A DNA stretch of 64,000 nt from Candidatus Kapaibacterium sp. GTDB taxonomy: Bacteria; Bacteroidota; Ignavibacteria; Kapaibacteriales; UBA2268. Each line of letters opens with the position of its first letter. Within the stretch, counting starts at the first letter, position 1. The notes under the pieces were generated by a model, which was not told the origin of the DNA, did not search any database, and was given only the letters and a program-made list of their open reading frames with translations. The stretch covers positions 896,001 to 960,000 of the forward strand of contig OY762428.1 of assembly GCA_963665665.1 (NCBI GenBank), in the 5' to 3' direction. Made by a program: the position numbers and the translations under genes. Positions 58,652 to 64,000 of the stretch are shown one piece after another.

Positions 58652-61369
58652 CTACAGGCCGAGGCTTTCCATATTTTTCTTCACCTGTTCCAGCGAGCCT
58701 TTCATGCTTTCGAGTTTTTCGCGTTCGTAAGCAACAAGGTCGGCAGGGGCGTTGGCCACGAATTTCTCGTTGCCGAGTTTTTTCTCTGTTCCCCTGATAT
58801 TTCCTTCAAGGCGTTTTATTTCTTTGTTCAGCCTTTCTCTTTCCTTGTCCATATCCAGGCTGCCGCCAACTTCCACGAAAATTTCAACCTCGCGTACAAC
58901 AGATGCAAGGCTGCCTTCCGGCTTGGGAGTATTCACGCCGGTTTTCACTTCGCTGCATTTACCGAGTGCTGCAATAATAGCTGCCTGTTCGCCCATGAAT
59001 TTTGCCTGTGCTTCATCCTTGCAGGAAATCGTTACGGGCAGCTTCTGCGAAGGAGCTATGGATGTGATTGAACGCATGCGGCGTATTTCCTCTACAACCA
59101 TCTGCAGGTGTTCGAACATTTCCTCGATTGCCGGATCGATCAGGGCTGTGTCGGCTACAGGAGAATCCTCGGTGCTGATAGACCTTTCATCGCCGCGGTC
59201 TTCCATCAGGTGCCATATTTCCTCGGAAATGAATGGCATTACCGGGTGGATCATTTTCAGTATGCCCTCGTATATCGAGAATGCAAATTTCATAAGGCCG
59301 CGCGGGTGGGCGCAACCTTTTTCGGCGTTGAGTTCCACCTTGAGAACCTCCACGAACCAGTCGCAGAAGTCGCGCCAGATGAAGTCGTAAAGTATTTTGG
59401 AATACTCGTTCACTTTGTAATCATCAAGCGCTTTGTTCAGCTTGTCAAGCGTGGAATTATATCTTGATAGAATCCATTTATCTGCATGGGAAAGCTCGTC
59501 AATACTTAAAGTCTTATCTTCATTATCCGGACATACGTCCGGCAGATTTACCATGTCCTGTTTCATCATCAGGAAGCGGCCGGCGTTCCATATTTTATTG
59601 TTAAAGTTGCGGCCAATTTCCATTGAAGGAATGTCCTGAGCCTTCACGTCAACATCCATTTTAATATCCTGCCCCAAAGGCGAAAGATATATCATGGTGA
59701 AGCGAACAGCATCAGAGCCGTATTTATCAATAATATTCAGCGGATCGGGAGAGTTGCCGAGAGATTTCGACAGTTTGCGTCCCTGTCCGTCCCTGATTGT
59801 GCTGGTGAAATAAACATCTTTGAAAGGAATTTCCTGTTTGAAATGTTTGCTGGCCATTATCATTCTTGCCACCCAGAAGAAAATAATATCCGGCGCCGTA
59901 ACCAGCAGGTCGGTGGGCAGGAATGCTTTCAGGTCGTCTGTTTCTTCAATATCTCCGTCTTCAAGCCATTTCATCGTGGTCATTGGCCAGAGCCATGATG
60001 AAAACCATGTATCAAGCACGTCTTCATCCTGGCGAAGCGACGTACCCGCGGGAAGGTTAAGTTTTTCCCTTGCGGCGTCTTCGTCGCGTGCAGCTGTGAA
60101 CTGTCCGTCCTCGGTATAAAATACCGGTATGCGGTGGCCCCACCATAGCTGACGTGAAATACACCAGTCGCGGATATTATTCATCCAGTGCTCGTAAGTT
60201 TTCACCCAGTGGCCGGGGTAGAAATTGATCTTGCCTGATTCCACGGCTTCGAGAGCTTCTTCTGCAAGCGGTTTCATTTTCACGAACCACTGATCGCTGA
60301 GATAAGGTTCGACGGGTTCTCCGCCGCGCTGCGAGAAACCGATGTTGTGAGTGTAGTCTTCTTTCTTTTCCAGCAGGTCCAGTTCTTCAAGTTTTTTCAG
60401 GATAGCTTTCCGGGCTTCGAACCTGTCCATTTTATTATAATCTCCGGTCAGTTCATTCAGGGTTCCGTCCGGGTTGATAGTATTCAGCATTTCCAGTTTG
60501 TGCCTTTCGCCAACCATGAAGTCATTCGGGTCGTGAGCCGGTGTGATCTTCACGCAGCCCGTACCGAATTCGGGATCGGCATGTTCGTCGGCAATGATTG
60601 GAACAACGCGCCCAACGAGGGGAACGATACAATTTTTGCCAATCAGGTGTTTGTATCTCTCGTCTTCAGGGTTAACAGCCACTGCAACATCGCCGAAGAT
60701 AGTTTCTGTACGAACAGTCGATACCTGTAGATATTCGTCGCTGTCCTCAAGGTAATAGCGCAATGTGTAGAGCTGCTCCTGAACTTCTTTATGCTCTACT
60801 TCCTCGTCCGAAAGAGCAGTAAGCGAAAGAGGCGACCAGTTAATAATTCTTTTGCCCTTATAAATAAGGCCTTCGTCAAACATGCGGATAAATACCTCGC
60901 GCACAGCGTTGGAGGCTGATTCATCCATTGTGAAAAGAGTCCTGTCCCAGTCGGCTGAAATTCCAAGCTCGCGAAGCTGTTTCAGGATAATGCCGCCGTA
61001 TTTTTCTTTCCATTCCCAGACTTTTTCAATAAATTTTTCCCTGCCGAGATCGTAACGTGTAAGGCCTTCCTCGCGGAGCTGTTTTTCAACCCTCGTCTGA
61101 GTGGCAATACCGGCATGGTCGGTACCCGGGAACCAGCATGCTTCATATCCCTGCATACGCTTGCGGCGCAGGTACATATCCTGAAGAGTGATATTCAGCA
61201 CGTGGCCGAAATGAAGGATGCCCGTAACATTCGGCGGGGGCATTAAAATACTGTATTTGGGTTTTTCGGACTTGTTGTCCGCCTTGTATATACCCATATC
61301 CTGCCATTTCTGATACCATCTTTTTTCAACGCTCTGGGGCTCGTAAGCCTTTGGGAAATCTCTTTTCAT
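58652..61369 (-). CDS. valS: Valyl-tRNA synthetase
   Basis: PPPNVTGILHFGH, DHAGIATQ, WCISRQLWWGH, KLSKS, C-terminal coiled coil. TAACTTTG promoter at 61423-61430. Confidence 0.98.
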   Translation of the reverse strand: MKRDFPKAYEPQSVEKRWYQKWQDMGIYKADNKSEKPKYSILMPPPNVTGILHFGHVLNITLQDMYLRRKRMQGYEACWFPGTDHAGIATQTRVEKQLREEGLTRYDLGREKFIEKVWEWKEKYGGIILKQLRELGISADWDRTLFTMDESASNAVREVFIRMFDEGLIYKGKRIINWSPLSLTALSDEEVEHKEVQEQLYTLRYYLEDSDEYLQVSTVRTETIFGDVAVAVNPEDERYKHLIGKNCIVPLVGRVVPIIADEHADPEFGTGCVKITPAHDPNDFMVGERHKLEMLNTINPDGTLNELTGDYNKMDRFEARKAILKKLEELDLLEKKEDYTHNIGFSQRGGEPVEPYLSDQWFVKMKPLAEEALEAVESGKINFYPGHWVKTYEHWMNNIRDWCISRQLWWGHRIPVFYTEDGQFTAARDEDAAREKLNLPAGTSLRQDEDVLDTWFSSWLWPMTTMKWLEDGDIEETDDLKAFLPTDLLVTAPDIIFFWVARMIMASKHFKQEIPFKDVYFTSTIRDGQGRKLSKSLGNSPDPLNIIDKYGSDAVRFTMIYLSPLGQDIKMDVDVKAQDIPSMEIGRNFNNKIWNAGRFLMMKQDMVNLPDVCPDNEDKTLSIDELSHADKWILSRYNSTLDKLNKALDDYKVNEYSKILYDFIWRDFCDWFVEVLKVELNAEKGCAHPRGLMKFAFSIYEGILKMIHPVMPFISEEIWHLMEDRGDERSISTEDSPVADTALIDPAIEEMFEHLQMVVEEIRRMRSITSIAPSQKLPVTISCKDEAQAKFMGEQAAIIAALGKCSEVKTGVNTPKPEGSLASVVREVEIFVEVGGSLDMDKERERLNKEIKRLEGNIRGTEKKLGNEKFVANAPADLVAYEREKLESMKGSLEQVKKNMESLGL

Positions 61370-61518
61370 AATTACCTGTAAAACTTATATGTACAATTTT
61401 ATTTTCAATATTAACCAAGTTACAAAGTTACGGAATTTTCAGGGAATTTATAAGTGGAATTAGATATTGTTGAAGGATAGTAAAATAGAAACGGGGCAGT
61501 CTCAAAAGGTTGAAAAAC

Positions 61519-61611
61519 TGTCATTCTGAGCGCAGCGAAGAATCTATAACCAGCATGAATACTGGATTCTTCACTTCGTTCAGCCTGCCCTCGGCTTGTC
61601 GGGGAATGACA
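61519..61611. repeat. REP-like inverted repeat with a nested 21-bp hairpin insert
   Basis: tgtcattctgagcgcagcgaagaatct ... ggattcttcacttcgttcag[cctgccctcggcttgtcgggg]aatgaca. Confidence 0.8.
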
Positions 61612-61682
61612 AATCGAAAATATTTCAAATAAAGAAACATCCCGATCAACAATCAAAAATTTTATCAGTATTATTTAACTCT

Positions 61683-62558
61683 TTATTTCTTTTTCAGTAT
61701 CTGGAACAGTTCATCAAGTTTGGGCGTCAGGATAATTTCCGTGCGCCTGTTTTGTGCTCTTATTTCGGGGGTATCGCCCTCGGTTACGGGGAAGTATTCA
61801 CCACGGCCGGAGGAAATAATCCTCGATGGATCAACTCCGCCGTCTTCAACAAGGTAGCGGGTTACTTCAGTTGCCCTTAGAACGCTCAGGTCCCAGTTAT
61901 CCTTGAACCTCGGGTTGCCTTTCACTTTTGCCACGTCGGTATGGCCTTCAACCACAATATTGATATCTGCCTGTTCATTCAGAACATCAGCAAGGCTTTT
62001 AAGGGCATTTTTCCCGTTTTTATCAATATTCGTGCTGCCAAGCCCGAAAATCAGCTGGTTCGCCAGAGTAACATAGATTCGCCCGTCTTTTACAGCAAGT
62101 GAAAGGCCGCTGTCCTTAAATCCAAGTAGAGACGTTTCAAGTTTTGCCATCAATCTTTCCAGGGCACTTTCTCTTTCTCTGAGTTTTGATTCGATATCCT
62201 TTATAAGCGCTTCCCTGGCGCTAAGTTCCTGTTTGCTTTTTTCCAGTTTGTCTATCAGAGACTGGATTTCGGCACTGCTGCTGGATTTCATGGACTTTAT
62301 CTGTTCTTCCAAAGATGCAATTTCCTTGCTCATAACTTCCCTGCTCAGGTTCAAAGATTCAATCTCTTTGTTCAGCTCTTCTATAGTCCTATTTCTTTCA
62401 GCAAGTTTCATCTCAAGGGATTTTCTTGTTTCCTGCTCACTCTGGAAATCCTTCAGAACGCCCTTGTATTTCAACTCAAGCTCGTCGTACTTTCCTGCGG
62501 TAACACAGCCGGTAAGAACAATCATAACCGCTATAAATAAAATGTTTACTGTTTTCAT
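61683..62558 (-). CDS. OmpA/MotB-family lipoprotein with coiled coil
   Basis: Lipobox VLTGC (start ATG 62558), coiled coil, VEGHTD, NWDLSVLRA, NRRTEI. Confidence 0.9.
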   Translation of the reverse strand: MKTVNILFIAVMIVLTGCVTAGKYDELELKYKGVLKDFQSEQETRKSLEMKLAERNRTIEELNKEIESLNLSREVMSKEIASLEEQIKSMKSSSSAEIQSLIDKLEKSKQELSAREALIKDIESKLRERESALERLMAKLETSLLGFKDSGLSLAVKDGRIYVTLANQLIFGLGSTNIDKNGKNALKSLADVLNEQADINIVVEGHTDVAKVKGNPRFKDNWDLSVLRATEVTRYLVEDGGVDPSRIISSGRGEYFPVTEGDTPEIRAQNRRTEIILTPKLDELFQILKKK

Positions 62559-62935
62559 TACAATTCCCCGATATGGTTTATTAATAATTATCAAAATTAA
62601 ATGAACTCTATTAATAGCAAATTGAAGTATTAATGTATATTTTATTGGGTAAACAGTTTCCAAATAAATTTTTTTGTTATTTCTGCACCCGATAACGAAA
62701 ATATTGCAAATTTCCGGTCAGTGCATATCATAACTTCTCTGCTACCCTAAAGATACACAAAATAAATCTCCAGCTCTTCAAAAATCCGAAAAATCAGTAC
62801 TTGTATGAAAGCTGCAATCCAAAGCTATGGAATGGTTTAGATTCAAATACAACCTTTGTTGTGTAAATACAAAACCTTGCGATAATATTATTTATGCCTG
62901 AAAGTTTAGTATATAAGTATATGAATTATCTTAAA

Positions 62936-63898
62936 TTAATTTATTTCTTCTCTCCCGCCTGTACTTGTTCTGAGTATCATTCCGAATTCGGAGCTTATCA
63001 CAAGGTTTTCCGAATCGATAGCAAAAATATCAAGCAGGACAAAGTCTGTATCAGTTTCCTGCAATGTCCATGTAGTACCGGAATCTTCGGTGTAATACAC
63101 AGCCCCGTTATGTCCGCACACCCAGCCATGGTCTTTGTCAGTAAAGCATATCCCGAGAAGTGTGGCTTCGGTGCTTACCTGTATAGTTTCCCAGGTCTGT
63201 CCGCCGTCACTTGTCCTGATTATATCTTTGGGATTGGATATAATAAAAGCATGATACTGGTCGGGAAATGCAATTTTCTGGTAGTTATCCAGTTCGTCTA
63301 TCTCAACAACATCCCAACTGGCACCTCCGTCATGTGTTATTATTACCTGCCCATAAGCACTGCTTACCATACCATGCAGCCCGTCGGCAAATGCAATATC
63401 ATTAACATAAATATCATCAGGAAATGTTTCATTCTCCTGCCAGATACCACCGCTGTTCGTTGAATAAAGTATTTTATCGCCGCAAACAGCCCAGGCATAA
63501 TTCCTTGAACTTACAGCCAGGCCGGAAACACTAAAATCCCCGGGATTATCCCATACTTTCATCCAGTTGGCTCCGCCGTCAACTGTCCTGTAGATATTTA
63601 CACCACACAAGATAGAATTATTCATGTCATAATTATGGATATTATAAAACTGCTGCAATTCCGGATGCCTTTGTTCAGACCAGTTTTTGCCGCCGTCTGT
63701 TGTTGTTGCTATCAGGCTGCTGTCTCCGCAAACGCGTCCAAAACTATAATCGATAAAATGGGAGGATATTACATAAGGCCTGCTGCCGGTCTCTATCTTC
63801 ACCCAGCCGTTAAAATCCTGAATATTACTTGTCGGATCATCGTCAGAACATGATACTATAACAATCAGTAAAAACAAAATTGATAATTTGGAATACAT
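62936..63898 (-). CDS. YCF48/BNR-repeat beta-propeller lipoprotein
   Basis: Lipobox IVSC and repeated TxDGGxxW. Confidence 0.85.
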   Translation of the reverse strand: MYSKLSILFLLIVIVSCSDDDPTSNIQDFNGWVKIETGSRPYVISSHFIDYSFGRVCGDSSLIATTTDGGKNWSEQRHPELQQFYNIHNYDMNNSILCGVNIYRTVDGGANWMKVWDNPGDFSVSGLAVSSRNYAWAVCGDKILYSTNSGGIWQENETFPDDIYVNDIAFADGLHGMVSSAYGQVIITHDGGASWDVVEIDELDNYQKIAFPDQYHAFIISNPKDIIRTSDGGQTWETIQVSTEATLLGICFTDKDHGWVCGHNGAVYYTEDSGTTWTLQETDTDFVLLDIFAIDSENLVISSEFGMILRTSTGGREEIN

Positions 63899-64000
63899 AT
63901 TACTATCCGTTATTAATTACAAAATATATAACTAATATATTCAATACAGGCTAATATTCCAATCAAAATTGCTTATTGGATTCAACAATCTTTCTTTATT

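Overview
Chromosomal window from an AT-rich bacterium of the Bacteroidota/Chlorobiota (FCB) lineage, probably Ignavibacteria/Kapabacteria-like. This is inferred from T9SS C-terminal domains, TAnnTTTG promoters, Bacteroidota-type RHS cores and cheW. Housekeeping and envelope genes include a sensor kinase, tamB-like, cheW, aminotransferase-pckA, sucD, ndk, an EF-G paralog, hydG-hydE, leuS, surA-like, valS, an OmpA/MotB protein, T9SS cargo and glycosyltransferases. An IS3 element splits a lipoprotein gene with a 3-bp target duplication. The standout is a ~16.5 kb minus-strand array of RHS toxin-tip/immunity modules between surA and valS (41922-58453): one N-terminally truncated head gene plus eight cassettes. 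Every cassette, but not the head gene, begins with GTTCTTTGAAAAC or a one-base variant, 12-92 bp after the previous immunity stop codon. This matches the boxA (NusB/NusE) antitermination element of many rRNA operons. Five cassette stubs have part of their conserved RHS segment replaced by REP-like elements. Working hypothesis (inference): a transcribed toxin/immunity archive that reloads antitermination at every cassette, so immunity genes are expressed while the toxin tips stay mostly silent and available for recombination.
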